Of a stretch of DNA of 64,000 nt, positions 35,866 through 45,165 are shown piece by piece. Position 1 is the stretch's first letter; each line of letters opens with the position of its first letter. Below the pieces are notes generated by a model. It had not been told where the DNA came from, made no database searches, and saw only the letters and a program-made list of their open reading frames with translations. The DNA comes from Chitinophagales bacterium (GTDB lineage: Bacteria > Bacteroidota > Bacteroidia > Chitinophagales > UBA10324): positions 53,943 to 117,942 of the forward strand of contig JANWXQ010000105.1 of NCBI GenBank assembly GCA_025057275.1, read 5' to 3'. A program made the position numbers and the translations under genes.

Positions 35866-37281
35866 ATGACAATTCTGCACGTCAGTGCCGAATGCTACCC
35901 TGCCGCTAAAGTAGGCGGCATGGGCGATGTGGTTGGCGCATTGCCCAAATACCTGAATGCCCGCGGTGCCACGGCAATGGTGGTTATGCCCTGGTATCAG
36001 AATGAATTTTTCACCACCCACTCTTTCGAAACCGTTTACTCCGGACGCTTCCGCATGCATGCAACCCATTCCTATCAGGTGCTGCGTCTACAGAACAGTA
36101 AGCTGGGTTTTGACCTGCATGCTGTTCGCATCCCAGGCCTGCTGGAGCAACCTGATCCCTACGGTTACGACAACGATGCCGACCGGTTCATCGCCTTTCA
36201 AACCGCAGTGGCCGGTTGGCTGAACACCTGGAAAACGCTGCCCGATGTCGTGCATTGCCACGACCATCATACCGGCCTGCTGCCCTTCTTTTTCGCCCAT
36301 GCCTTTGCCTTCAACCGGCTGATGCATCTGCCCACCGTGTTTACCGTGCACAACGGCAGTTATCAGGGTTGGATCAACTGGGAAAAAGATTATCTGTTGC
36401 CGGCCTACGACCATCAGCATCGCGGATTGCTGGAATGGAGCCATGCCATAAACTCCCTGGCCGCCGCCATTAAATGCTGCTGGCGCTTTACTACGGTTTC
36501 GCCCAGCTATCTGGAAGAACTGTGGAACGAGCCGGTGTTAGGCAAGTTGTTTCGTGATGAAGCGGCCAAAGGGCAGGGCATTCTTAACGGCATCGACGAT
36601 GAGGTGTGGAATCCGCAAACCGATCCTCTGTTGAAAGCGCGTTACGACGAAGAATCGGTTGCCGAGGGAAAGCGAATCAATAAGGAATACGTCTGCGGGC
36701 AGTTCCAGCTTTCTGCTGACAAACCGCTGGTCGTGTTTATCGGCAGACTGGTGGCAGAAAAAGGTGCCGATCTGCTGGCCGACAGCTTTTACCGGATGAC
36801 CCGTGAAACGGATGGAGGTTTCAGCTTTCTGGTGCTGGGCAGCGGCCTGCCCGATCAGGAGCGGGGACTGCGCGAGTTGCACGCTGCCCTTCCGGGGCAG
36901 TTTAACTGCTATATCGGATACAACGAAGCCCTTTCCCATCTGCTGTATGGGGCAGCCGATTTTCTGCTCATGCCGTCGCGCACCGAACCGTGCGGCCTCA
37001 ACCAGCTCTATGCCCTACGGTACGGCACCATCCCCATCGTGCGCAGCGTAGGCGGCCTGAAGGATACCGTTATTGACTTTGGCGATCCGGGCGGCTTCGG
37101 CATCCGCTTTGAACAACCTTCGGTTGACGACATCTGCCATTCGCTGCGGCGCGCCCGTCAGCTGTATGCACAAACGGCCCGACTGGAAGCGCTCCGCCCC
37201 TACATGATGAAATTTGATCATTCCTGGAACGAAGCTGCAGGAAATTATTTAGCATTGTATCGTACTCTTGGCGGCATCTGA
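35866..37281 (+). CDS. glgA: Glycogen (starch) synthase, GT5
   Basis: 471 aa. It starts MTILHVSAECYPAAKVGGMGDVVGALPKYL, with C-terminal PSRTEPCGLNQLYALRYGTIPIV. Confidence 0.92.
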   Translation: MTILHVSAECYPAAKVGGMGDVVGALPKYLNARGATAMVVMPWYQNEFFTTHSFETVYSGRFRMHATHSYQVLRLQNSKLGFDLHAVRIPGLLEQPDPYGYDNDADRFIAFQTAVAGWLNTWKTLPDVVHCHDHHTGLLPFFFAHAFAFNRLMHLPTVFTVHNGSYQGWINWEKDYLLPAYDHQHRGLLEWSHAINSLAAAIKCCWRFTTVSPSYLEELWNEPVLGKLFRDEAAKGQGILNGIDDEVWNPQTDPLLKARYDEESVAEGKRINKEYVCGQFQLSADKPLVVFIGRLVAEKGADLLADSFYRMTRETDGGFSFLVLGSGLPDQERGLRELHAALPGQFNCYIGYNEALSHLLYGAADFLLMPSRTEPCGLNQLYALRYGTIPIVRSVGGLKDTVIDFGDPGGFGIRFEQPSVDDICHSLRRARQLYAQTARLEALRPYMMKFDHSWNEAAGNYLALYRTLGGI

Positions 37282-37283
37282 TT

Positions 37284-38561
37284 ATGGGTCCCGAACGCGT
37301 CATAGCGGTCATCATGGGCGGTGGCGCCGGAACGCGCCTGCATCCGCTTACCCTGTATCGGGCCAAACCGGCTGTACCCATCGCTGGCAAATACCGGCTG
37401 GTAGACATCCCTGTTTCCAACTGCATCAACTCCAACATCCAGCGCATGTTTGTGCTGACGCAGTTTAATTCCGCTTCGCTGAATAAGCATATAAAAAACA
37501 CCTATCACTTCAGCATTTTCAGCAAAGCCTTTGTGGACATTCTGGCTGCCGAACAGACCCCCAGCAACCGATCGTGGTTTCAAGGCACGGCTGATGCCGT
37601 TCGTCAGTCCCTGCATCATATTTACGACCATGCTTTTGACTACGTCCTCATTCTTTCCGGCGATCAACTGTACCAGATGAACTTTCAGCATTTGCTGGAG
37701 GCACATGAGAGCAAAGAAGCCGACGTAACTATAGCTACCATACCCGTTCGGGAAGAAGAAGCTCCTGAGTTCGGCATTCTGAAAACCGGCAGCGACGGCT
37801 TCATTGAAGCCTTTGTGGAAAAGCCGTCGCCCGAATTGCTGCCGCACTGGAGCAGCGAGGTCAGCGAAGAAATGAAACGCGCCGGTCGCACTTACCTGGC
37901 CAGCATGGGCATTTATGTTTTCAGCCGAAAGGTGCTCTACGAAACCCTGACCACCCTGTTGCAGGCAACGGATTTCGGTAAGGAAATCATCCCCCTATCG
38001 GTCGGAAAACTGCGCATGTACAGCTTTGCCCACGAAACCTACTGGAGCGATATCGGTAACATCCGCTCCTTTTACGAATCCAACCTTTCGTTAACGGATG
38101 AGGTGCCTGCCTTTAATCTTTTCGACAGCCAAAACCCGGTCTATACCCATCCGCGCAATCTGCCTCCGGCCAAAATCAGCGGCACGGCCATCCATTCCTG
38201 CATCCTGGCCGAAGGATCCATCATTCTCGCAGACCGGCTGGAACGTTGCGTGATTGGCACCCGTTCCCGTATCGGCAAAGGCACCCGGATTTACAACAGC
38301 TACGTGATGGGCAACGATTACTACCAAAGCCTGGAGTCGCTTGCCGAAAGCCACACGCTGGGCATTCCGGCCATGGGCATTGGCAACAACTGTTACATCA
38401 AGAATGCTATTATTGACAAAAACTGCTTTATCGGTAACGACGTACATATTGAAGCCGGCCCCCACCTGCCGGACCAGGAAACCCAATCGTATGTTATTCG
38501 AAACGGTATTGCTGTCATCAAAAAAGGGGCGGTCATTCCCCATAAATTCAAACTGCAGTAA
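37284..38561 (+). CDS. glgC: Glucose-1-phosphate adenylyltransferase
   Basis: 425 aa with VIMGGGAGTRLHPLTLYRAKPAVPIAGKYRLVDIPVSNCINS, WFQGTADAV and a left-handed beta-helix C-terminus. It starts 2 nt after the glgA stop. Confidence 0.92.
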   Translation: MGPERVIAVIMGGGAGTRLHPLTLYRAKPAVPIAGKYRLVDIPVSNCINSNIQRMFVLTQFNSASLNKHIKNTYHFSIFSKAFVDILAAEQTPSNRSWFQGTADAVRQSLHHIYDHAFDYVLILSGDQLYQMNFQHLLEAHESKEADVTIATIPVREEEAPEFGILKTGSDGFIEAFVEKPSPELLPHWSSEVSEEMKRAGRTYLASMGIYVFSRKVLYETLTTLLQATDFGKEIIPLSVGKLRMYSFAHETYWSDIGNIRSFYESNLSLTDEVPAFNLFDSQNPVYTHPRNLPPAKISGTAIHSCILAEGSIILADRLERCVIGTRSRIGKGTRIYNSYVMGNDYYQSLESLAESHTLGIPAMGIGNNCYIKNAIIDKNCFIGNDVHIEAGPHLPDQETQSYVIRNGIAVIKKGAVIPHKFKLQ

Positions 38562-38595
38562 CAAAAGCTTCTGCTATTCGCATTACCTTTAGATT

Positions 38596-39396
38596 ATGGT
38601 CGTTTATACTGCCCGTCATACGGCTGTGCCGGAGGCGGAAAATCAAGAAGGGGAAAAGGATTGCGACTCTATTGCTAAGCTCAAGGTTACACCCTGCTGC
38701 TTGTGGCGAGTGTTCTTTCAGCTAGTCATGGCTCTACTTCCATCATTTCCCCTGATGGCCCAAACAGTGAATTGCCCATTGCTGGAGCCCAATAACAACC
38801 ACACCGAAGCGATCTGGCTTCCACCCGACACAGCAATAAGAAGCACGATTGCTTATGCCGGCGACCACGATTTTTATAAGTTTATTGTTCCTCATTCAAA
38901 GCCGAATTTGAAAGCCACGTTAAGTGATTTTGAAAAAAATTATAATCTGTGGCTATTAAACGACAAGGGGCTCCGCATTGCCAAGGCCACCAGTCCGAAA
39001 AAAATTGACGAAATCATCATTTTCAATTTAGCTGTGCCCGACACCTATTTCCTGGTTGTGTTTCATCCCAAAAACGCATACGATGAAAACGACTGTTACC
39101 TTCTGCAATATCATCTAAGCGAGTATCAGTTTCGTACGGCGGATGCCGGCTTACCGGAAGTTTATCCGAATCCTGCCAGCACGCAACTGTTCGTGCCGCT
39201 TTCTCCACATAACGGTCAGCTTCGTCAGGTCGAGTTGCTTTCAGCCGCAGGGTTGGTCATTAGACCCCTTTCGGGATGCCTGGATCAAAATCTATGGAAA
39301 TGCAATGTGAGCACAGTGCCTAAAGGATGGTATCTGTTGCGGATGGAATTTGACAGCGGGCAGGTCCGCCAGGTGCCCGTTGTGATTGTACATTGA
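38596..39396 (+). CDS. T9SS-sorted secreted protein with a pre-peptidase C-terminal (PPC)-like domain
   Basis: 266 aa. AYAGDHDFYKFIV...YFLVVF...CYLLQY resembles PPC domains. The last ~80 aa (VYPNPASTQLFV...GWYLLRMEFDSGQVRQVPVVIVH) form a T9SS C-terminal sorting domain. The signal-like hydrophobic stretch begins only ~30 aa in, so the start is uncertain. Confidence 0.7.
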   Translation: MVVYTARHTAVPEAENQEGEKDCDSIAKLKVTPCCLWRVFFQLVMALLPSFPLMAQTVNCPLLEPNNNHTEAIWLPPDTAIRSTIAYAGDHDFYKFIVPHSKPNLKATLSDFEKNYNLWLLNDKGLRIAKATSPKKIDEIIIFNLAVPDTYFLVVFHPKNAYDENDCYLLQYHLSEYQFRTADAGLPEVYPNPASTQLFVPLSPHNGQLRQVELLSAAGLVIRPLSGCLDQNLWKCNVSTVPKGWYLLRMEFDSGQVRQVPVVIVH

Positions 39397-39420
39397 GCTG
39401 ACTGCAGGAAGGGCATTGCT

Positions 39421-39428
39421 TATATTTG
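39421..39428 (+). promoter_or_regulatory. Candidate -7 promoter element TATATTTG (TAnnTTTG) upstream of the SBBP-repeat gene
   Basis: Exact pattern match, 15 nt before the ATG at 39444, in the 47-nt gap after the preceding gene. Confidence 0.3.
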
Positions 39429-39443
39429 AACGGTAACGCCCGC

Positions 39444-42230
39444 ATGCATCGCTTGCGCTGTTGCTTTTTTGCCTTTATTTTCTGGAGCGGCAGCACCTTT
39501 GCTGCTTCGCTGCAAAATCATATCGGATTTATTGAAAACATCGGTCAGATCTGCGATGCTGAAGGCAGGCTCAATGAAGAGGTGTTGTATTTGTATGAAG
39601 CACCGGGTTTCCGGCTACATCTGCGCAGAAACGGATGGAGCTATGAATGGGTTCAGCCTACGGAAAGCAGCGATGTTGAATGCCAGCCGGCCAGGGCATT
39701 GCAACAGCGATTTCGGTCCTGTCGCGTTGATGTGGTCGTGGATGGCGCCGTCCGACAGCCGGCAATAGTGGCCCTGCAGCCGGCTTCGTTTCCCATACAT
39801 TACTTCGGATCTGAAGGGCTTGCCATAACCCATGTGCGACATTTTAATCAGATAATTTATTATGATATTCTTCCCGGAGTGGATTTGGAATTTATGCTCC
39901 TCCCGGGGCCCAGAAAGGCCTTAATCAAATACTCCTTTCGTATTCATCCCGGAGCCAACGCAAACGACCTGCGTCTGCTTTATTGCTCCTCTGCCGCTGC
40001 ACTCCATGCGGCTGATGACCTGTACGTACGCACAGCGGCAGGAAGTGTCAGCGAAAGCCGTCCGTTGTGTTTTGCCGGCGAAAGCAAGGAAGGTTTCTAT
40101 GGCGATTTTATCCTCAATGGCAATGCAGTGCAGTTTTCCATTCCGTCATCGTACCAAAACCAACCGGTGCTTATTGACCCGGTGCTCTCTTATTCCACCT
40201 ATTTCGGAGGCGATTCCCTTGAATACAGTGAAGACCTGAAACTGGATCATGAAGGAAATATCATTGTTACCGGACGAACCGCCTCTGCTGGGGGTATTGC
40301 TACGGTCGGCGCCTACGACCAAACCTACAACGGAGGCGCTTTTGACGTCTTTTTGTTCAAGTTCGATGCACAATTTCAGATGCAATGGGCTACCTACTTC
40401 GGCGGCAACCGAGTAGACTACGGTTGGGCGCTTGCCGTTGATGGCGCAGGCAGGATTTACGTGGGCGGCGAGTCCTACTCCAATGGCCTGGCCACGCCCG
40501 GAGCACAGCAATCGGTAGTCAATGGCCTGGAATCCGACGGCCTGCTGGCTTGCTTCAGCAGCAACGGCCTGCTGGAATGGTGCCGCTACTACGGCGGAGT
40601 CAATAAAGATCAGATCCTCAGCATTGCATGCGACAACCTGGGCCGCCTCATTGCCACCGGCTATACACTAAGCAGCGACAGCATGGCCACGCCCGGAGCC
40701 TTTATGCCTGTTTACGGGGGAAAAGGCGACATCTTTCTGGCTGCATTTGATACCGCCAACGGCAACATCGTCTGGGGCACGTATTACGGCGCCGATAAAG
40801 ACGATCGCGGCCATCATGTAGCCGTAAGCCCAACGAATCAGATTTATCTTACCGGAACGGCTCTGAGCAAAAGCGGCATAGCCACGCCTGGCGCTCATCA
40901 GAGTCAGGGAGCCAACCTCATTGATGCTTTTCTCGCCCGTTTCTCATCCAATGGTTATCCCGTCTGGGGCACCTACATTGCCGGTGCCTACGAAGAGCGG
41001 GGCCGCGATTGCATAGTGGACCTGGAAGGCAACATTGTGGTTACCGGTTTCACCCAAAGCGATACCGGCTTTGCCACACCAGGTGCCTGGCAACCCTATC
41101 ACGTATTCGGCATTGACAGTACCGGCTACTACACACTGGACGCCTTTTTGCAGAAGTACGACAGCAATGGCGTGCTGCTGTGGGGCACCTACTTTGGCGA
41201 TACGCTCAGCGAAACCGTCCGCGGCCTGACCATCAACAGCCACAACGAAATCCTGATCTGTGGTGCCACCTTTTCTGCGAAAGGCATAGCCTACGGGAAT
41301 GCCTGGCAGACCCACCTGGGCGGTGTATCCGATGCCTGGTTTGCCAAATTCCGGCCGGATGGACAGCTGGCGTTCAGCTCTTACTTCGGTGGCAGTGGCG
41401 ACGAACAGGTGGGAGGTTATGGCCTGAACATCGAAACCGACGCGCTGAACCGTATTTACCTCTGCAGTTCCACCACCAGCGACGACAGCATAGCTACACC
41501 CAATGCTTATCAGACCTACCGCGCCGGTAACTACGACATTTTTCTTGCCCGCCTGGATGACAAATGTTTTGACCGCTACGAACCCAATGATGCCCTGAGC
41601 AGTGCGGCTCCCCTTCAGGTAACCCATTCGTCGGACGAGCATGCACTTTATGCGGCAGTGGCCTCAGCTACAGATAATGACTTTTTTTCATTTGTTCTTA
41701 ACCAGCCTCAGCAGCAATTGCTGGCATCGTTATCAGCCCTGCCTGCCGACTACGACCTGTTTGCTTACGATGAAACCGGAACGCTGATCGGTCAGTCGCA
41801 AAACAGCGGCCTGCAGGAGGAAAACCTCAGCATCGGGCTGGTTGTTACCGGTACATACTACCTGTCCGTTCAGCCGGCAGGCAGCACCCAGTGGAACGAC
41901 AGCCTGTGTTACGAACTGCGTGTTCATCTGGACAGCCTGTTGTTTACGGCTGTTGCTCCAACAGGCAAAATCAACTTCAGGGCAGTGCCTAACCCTTTTA
42001 CGGAACAGGTGTGGGCTGAATGCTTTTTACCTGAAGCTGCTGCCGTTACGCTTTGTTTAACCGATCTGCTTGGCACACAAGTGCTGTGTCATCGGCAGGA
42101 GCTTGCTGCCGGCCAGCACCGGTTGATGCTCGCTTCCGATACCTTACCTGATGGAATGTATGTGCTGACATTTCAAACAGCCGATTACTGTTTTACCCAA
42201 AAAGTCATCCGGCTGGCGGGCCGTCAATGA
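39444..42230 (+). CDS. Large T9SS-sorted secreted protein with SBBP-type beta-propeller repeats and a PPC-like domain
   Basis: Signal peptide from the ATG at 39444 (MHRLRCCFFAFIFWSGSTFAAS). At least eight tandem ~50-aa repeats follow the pattern [YW](S/A/G)TYFGG..D.G..+AVD..G.IY+.G.T.S...AT.GA. There is a PPC-like segment (TDNDFFSF...GTYYLSV) and a T9SS CTD (VPNPFTEQV...DGMYVLTFQ...KVIRL). The track start at 39426 is a TTG. Confidence 0.8.
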   Translation: MHRLRCCFFAFIFWSGSTFAASLQNHIGFIENIGQICDAEGRLNEEVLYLYEAPGFRLHLRRNGWSYEWVQPTESSDVECQPARALQQRFRSCRVDVVVDGAVRQPAIVALQPASFPIHYFGSEGLAITHVRHFNQIIYYDILPGVDLEFMLLPGPRKALIKYSFRIHPGANANDLRLLYCSSAAALHAADDLYVRTAAGSVSESRPLCFAGESKEGFYGDFILNGNAVQFSIPSSYQNQPVLIDPVLSYSTYFGGDSLEYSEDLKLDHEGNIIVTGRTASAGGIATVGAYDQTYNGGAFDVFLFKFDAQFQMQWATYFGGNRVDYGWALAVDGAGRIYVGGESYSNGLATPGAQQSVVNGLESDGLLACFSSNGLLEWCRYYGGVNKDQILSIACDNLGRLIATGYTLSSDSMATPGAFMPVYGGKGDIFLAAFDTANGNIVWGTYYGADKDDRGHHVAVSPTNQIYLTGTALSKSGIATPGAHQSQGANLIDAFLARFSSNGYPVWGTYIAGAYEERGRDCIVDLEGNIVVTGFTQSDTGFATPGAWQPYHVFGIDSTGYYTLDAFLQKYDSNGVLLWGTYFGDTLSETVRGLTINSHNEILICGATFSAKGIAYGNAWQTHLGGVSDAWFAKFRPDGQLAFSSYFGGSGDEQVGGYGLNIETDALNRIYLCSSTTSDDSIATPNAYQTYRAGNYDIFLARLDDKCFDRYEPNDALSSAAPLQVTHSSDEHALYAAVASATDNDFFSFVLNQPQQQLLASLSALPADYDLFAYDETGTLIGQSQNSGLQEENLSIGLVVTGTYYLSVQPAGSTQWNDSLCYELRVHLDSLLFTAVAPTGKINFRAVPNPFTEQVWAECFLPEAAAVTLCLTDLLGTQVLCHRQELAAGQHRLMLASDTLPDGMYVLTFQTADYCFTQKVIRLAGRQ

Positions 42231-42988
42231 ACTGATCCAGTTGAACGATGCAACTGATTTAATAATGCATATTTCTCATATGTGTAACCGGCAATCAGTC
42301 GAGCGATCAGGTAGCCGTTTTTTCCATCCAGAAATCCCCGTCGCATAACAAAGCTGCGAAAAAACATCCAGGCAGCACGTAAGCGAATGCCCAGTACCGG
42401 GCCACGGCCCTCCGCCTTCATGGCATTGGCGGCTACCACGGCAAATCGCTTCAGATGCTGCCGGTACGTTGGCAGGTCGGTTGCCGTGTAATGCAACAAA
42501 TGACCGGGCAGGTTAACTATCGGTGTTCCCTGACGCAAAACCACCCGATCATGGGGATCGGTGCCTCCCCACTGTCCGTAAGCCCGGTGCCAAAGCCGAA
42601 CCTTACGATCCGGATACCAGGCACCATGCCGGATCCATTGTCCGCAGAAATTGCTGAGCCGGTTAACCCGATAAGCTTTTGCTTTTAGGTTTGGCTTCAC
42701 TGCCAATAACGACTGCCGCAGGCGCTCATCCAGGGCTTCATCCGCATCCAGACTGAGCACCCAATCGTGGCGCGCCTGCTGCAAGGCAAAGTTTTTCTGA
42801 TGCACAAAACCTTCAAAGGGGTGCAAAACCACACGGGCACCTTTTTCCCGGCAAATCGCTACTGTCTGATCAGTGGAATAAGCATCCACAACCACAATCT
42901 CATCCACCACCCCGGAAAGCGAATCCAGGCAGCGGCCAATGTTCTGCTCTTCATTGTATGTAATGATGATCGCTGAAATGCCTGACAT
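42224..42988 (-). CDS. Glycosyltransferase family 2 (LPS-core WaaE/KdtX-like)
   Basis: It contains SAIIITYNEEQNIGRCLDSL, VVDAYSTDQT and SLDADEAL, the GT-A DxD motifs. An ATG at 42988 was chosen; the track start at 42997 is a TTG. The 3' end overlaps the convergent SBBP gene by 7 nt. Confidence 0.85.
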   Translation of the reverse strand: MSGISAIIITYNEEQNIGRCLDSLSGVVDEIVVVDAYSTDQTVAICREKGARVVLHPFEGFVHQKNFALQQARHDWVLSLDADEALDERLRQSLLAVKPNLKAKAYRVNRLSNFCGQWIRHGAWYPDRKVRLWHRAYGQWGGTDPHDRVVLRQGTPIVNLPGHLLHYTATDLPTYRQHLKRFAVVAANAMKAEGRGPVLGIRLRAAWMFFRSFVMRRGFLDGKNGYLIARLIAGYTYEKYALLNQLHRSTGSVH

Positions 42989-42993
42989 GTCGT

Positions 42994-43822
42994 TCAAAAA
43001 AGGCCGAGTATTCTGTCACAGGTTTTTTTCAGAAAAAAAGAAATTCCTGAAGGCTCGCTGAGAACAGGACATGCCGGGTCCCCCAACTTGAGATAATAAC
43101 GGGCAAAAGTAGATGGCTTCATTCCGTAACGGCGCAGAAATTGCCGGCCACCGTTATTTCCGTTTGCGCGTCCTGTAGATTTCCTCATAAAGTGATACAC
43201 TCTGCTATCGGCAATTCCTCTGAATATCCGGCAGCCCGCCAGCCAGAGCTTCATGGCCAAATCGTCATCACTGCCCATGCCCGGTGAAAATTCCTCGCTC
43301 ATACCGCCCACCGCAAACCAAAGGCGCCGGTGAATGACATGAGGCGGCCATTTGGCGCCTGACCAGTCCCTAAATGGAATCTGACGGTAATGCGCTAACA
43401 AGGCCTGAAGGGAGAAGGTCTCGGGGCTTTTACCAAAATCCCTCACCATAACACAGTTATTGCCGGACGCATAGGGCTATGCAGGTGGAAGAAATCATAA
43501 ACTTGTCCGTTTGAGCTTGCTCAATAGCCCGAATCAAAAAAGTATCCCAGCCCGGAAGAACAAACATATCATCATTGAGATATAAAAAATAATCTCTGGT
43601 GGCATGTGAGGCCATCAGGTTTAATGCCTTGCATATGCCGATATTTATTGAAGTATGGCTGTAGGAAATGCCTTGTTCATGCAACCACTCACCCGTGCCG
43701 TCTTTACCCTCATTGACATGCACCATGATTTCATGCTCAAATTCAGAATAGCTTCGCAAGGAATCAATACATAACTTCAGATAGGGCAAATTATTCCATG
43801 TTGGGATCAATACAGAAAACAC
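42994..43822 (-). pseudogene. Glycosyltransferase family 2 gene interrupted by a frameshift (two ORFs of 121 and 151 aa)
   Basis: The N-half ORF (43457-43822) reads MFSVLIPTWNNLPYLKLCIDSL...YLNDDMFVLPGWD (GT-A). The C-half ORF (42994-43449) reads ...WFAVGGMSEEFSPGMGSDDDLAMKLW. The two frames differ by one. The downstream frame is open from 43476 (PYASGNNCVMVRDFG), while the upstream frame reads ...SSTCIALCVRQ-stop at 43459-43457. The shift therefore lies at about 43474-43480. Confidence 0.65.
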
Positions 43823-43833
43823 GTCAACAGGGT

Positions 43834-45063
43834 CTATTTGTTATTGCCAATCAGATAAATGTATTCCAGCAGCAAGAACAACAAATAAAAAACAGTACCA
43901 ATTTGCTCTTCAACAGTAGCTTCTGATAAAAAAGAAGAAAGAACTATAATATTAAAGCAGACAAACAACCAGTTTTTCTGTAACAAGGCTACTATCAGAG
44001 GAAGCATTACAGCAAGAGTAAATACCAGCAATCCGACTATTCCTGTTCCGGCAGCAACAAATACAAACTGGTTGTGCGGCAGCGCAAGCCGTTGGGCCAT
44101 GGCATCGCTGCCCAGTTTTGCCGTCATTTCTACTTTCAAGTCGCCAATACCTGTGCCGGTTAGCCAGTTTTCCTGAAACAACTGCCAACCGGCCAGGATA
44201 CTGGCCACCCGGCCGCCATCGGAATAGTTGAGCGCAAGTTGACCGGACAACAGGCGGGAAACGTCATAGCGCATATAGGCCACCTTGGCGCGAAGCGTCG
44301 GAATGGTTACATAGGCCAGAACGGGCAGCAGCACCAACACCAACAGAGCCGCAACGGCATGAAGAAAATTTTTTTTCTGCCAGATGCTCCGCAGCAGCAG
44401 ATAAATCAGGCACAGATACAACGCCAGCAACCCACTGCGCACGGCCAGCAAATGCAAAAAGAAAAAAAGAAATGCTGCCGCCACCAGCTGAAGCGGTCGC
44501 TCCCAACGGTACCTGAGCACATAGTTTTTCTGCCACAAATACAGAACGGCTAAAAAAGCAAAGGCAACCATCAGGCTGTACCGCGTATGATGGAAAGGTG
44601 TTTCCGGCATCTGGCCCATTTCATACATGCGCAAGAGCCGCTCCTCGTGCAGCATGACGTTGAGCGATATCTGCAGCGCCGTCAAAACAGAAAGAAAGAC
44701 AAACAAATAAAGCAGGGCATAGACCTGCCTGGTGAGCAATCGGTTTTTCAGGCCGGCAAAACAAACCGGTAATGCGAGAAAGGGCAGCTTAATGCGTAAC
44801 CGTTCCTGATAAAAAGACGGATCTTTGGTGGAATTCAGGCCGCTGAACAAATAGATAAAAAACACTAAAGTGAGCAACATCAGCAAGCGATCGGAAAAAA
44901 AACTGCGAAAGGTTTGCACCGGCGAGGCCAGAAGCACATAAGCACACCACACGATGATGGCAATACTGGACATGGCATAAACGGTAAACAAGCCCCCGAT
45001 CATGGCAGCCAAACACAAGACGGGAACGGCCTGCCAGTCCGCATGTCGTAAAGGCGCCCACAC
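43834..45063 (-). CDS. O-antigen ligase/polymerase-like (Wzy_C-type) polytopic membrane protein
   Basis: 409 aa with about 10-12 TM helices. The periplasmic loop DGGRVASILAGWQLFQENWLTGTGIGDL is typical of the O-antigen ligase family. GTG start. The region is visibly AT-rich. Confidence 0.72.
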   Translation of the reverse strand: MWAPLRHADWQAVPVLCLAAMIGGLFTVYAMSSIAIIVWCAYVLLASPVQTFRSFFSDRLLMLLTLVFFIYLFSGLNSTKDPSFYQERLRIKLPFLALPVCFAGLKNRLLTRQVYALLYLFVFLSVLTALQISLNVMLHEERLLRMYEMGQMPETPFHHTRYSLMVAFAFLAVLYLWQKNYVLRYRWERPLQLVAAAFLFFFLHLLAVRSGLLALYLCLIYLLLRSIWQKKNFLHAVAALLVLVLLPVLAYVTIPTLRAKVAYMRYDVSRLLSGQLALNYSDGGRVASILAGWQLFQENWLTGTGIGDLKVEMTAKLGSDAMAQRLALPHNQFVFVAAGTGIVGLLVFTLAVMLPLIVALLQKNWLFVCFNIIVLSSFLSEATVEEQIGTVFYLLFLLLEYIYLIGNNK

Positions 45064-45165
45064 TTGCCTGTAAATTGGGGCGGCAAGTTAGCGGAATTCC
45101 CCAACCCCTTTCGGTTGTTTCTGCTGCTGCGCTCGTCAAACTAACTTCACGATCTTTACCTGTTT

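Noticed and set aside
43457-43480. Programmed ribosomal frameshift as the explanation for the split GT2 gene
   Set aside because: I see no slippery heptamer (X XXY YYZ) or downstream structure at the junction (…ACCTGCATAGCCCTATGCG…). A simple indel or sequencing error is more parsimonious.
45062-45088. Hairpin ACTTGCC-N13-GGCAAGT at the 5' end of the O-antigen-ligase-like gene
   Set aside because: It is only a 7-bp stem with a 13-nt loop and has no U-tract, so it is not supportable as a terminator or riboswitch. It could occlude the GTG start, but that is speculation.
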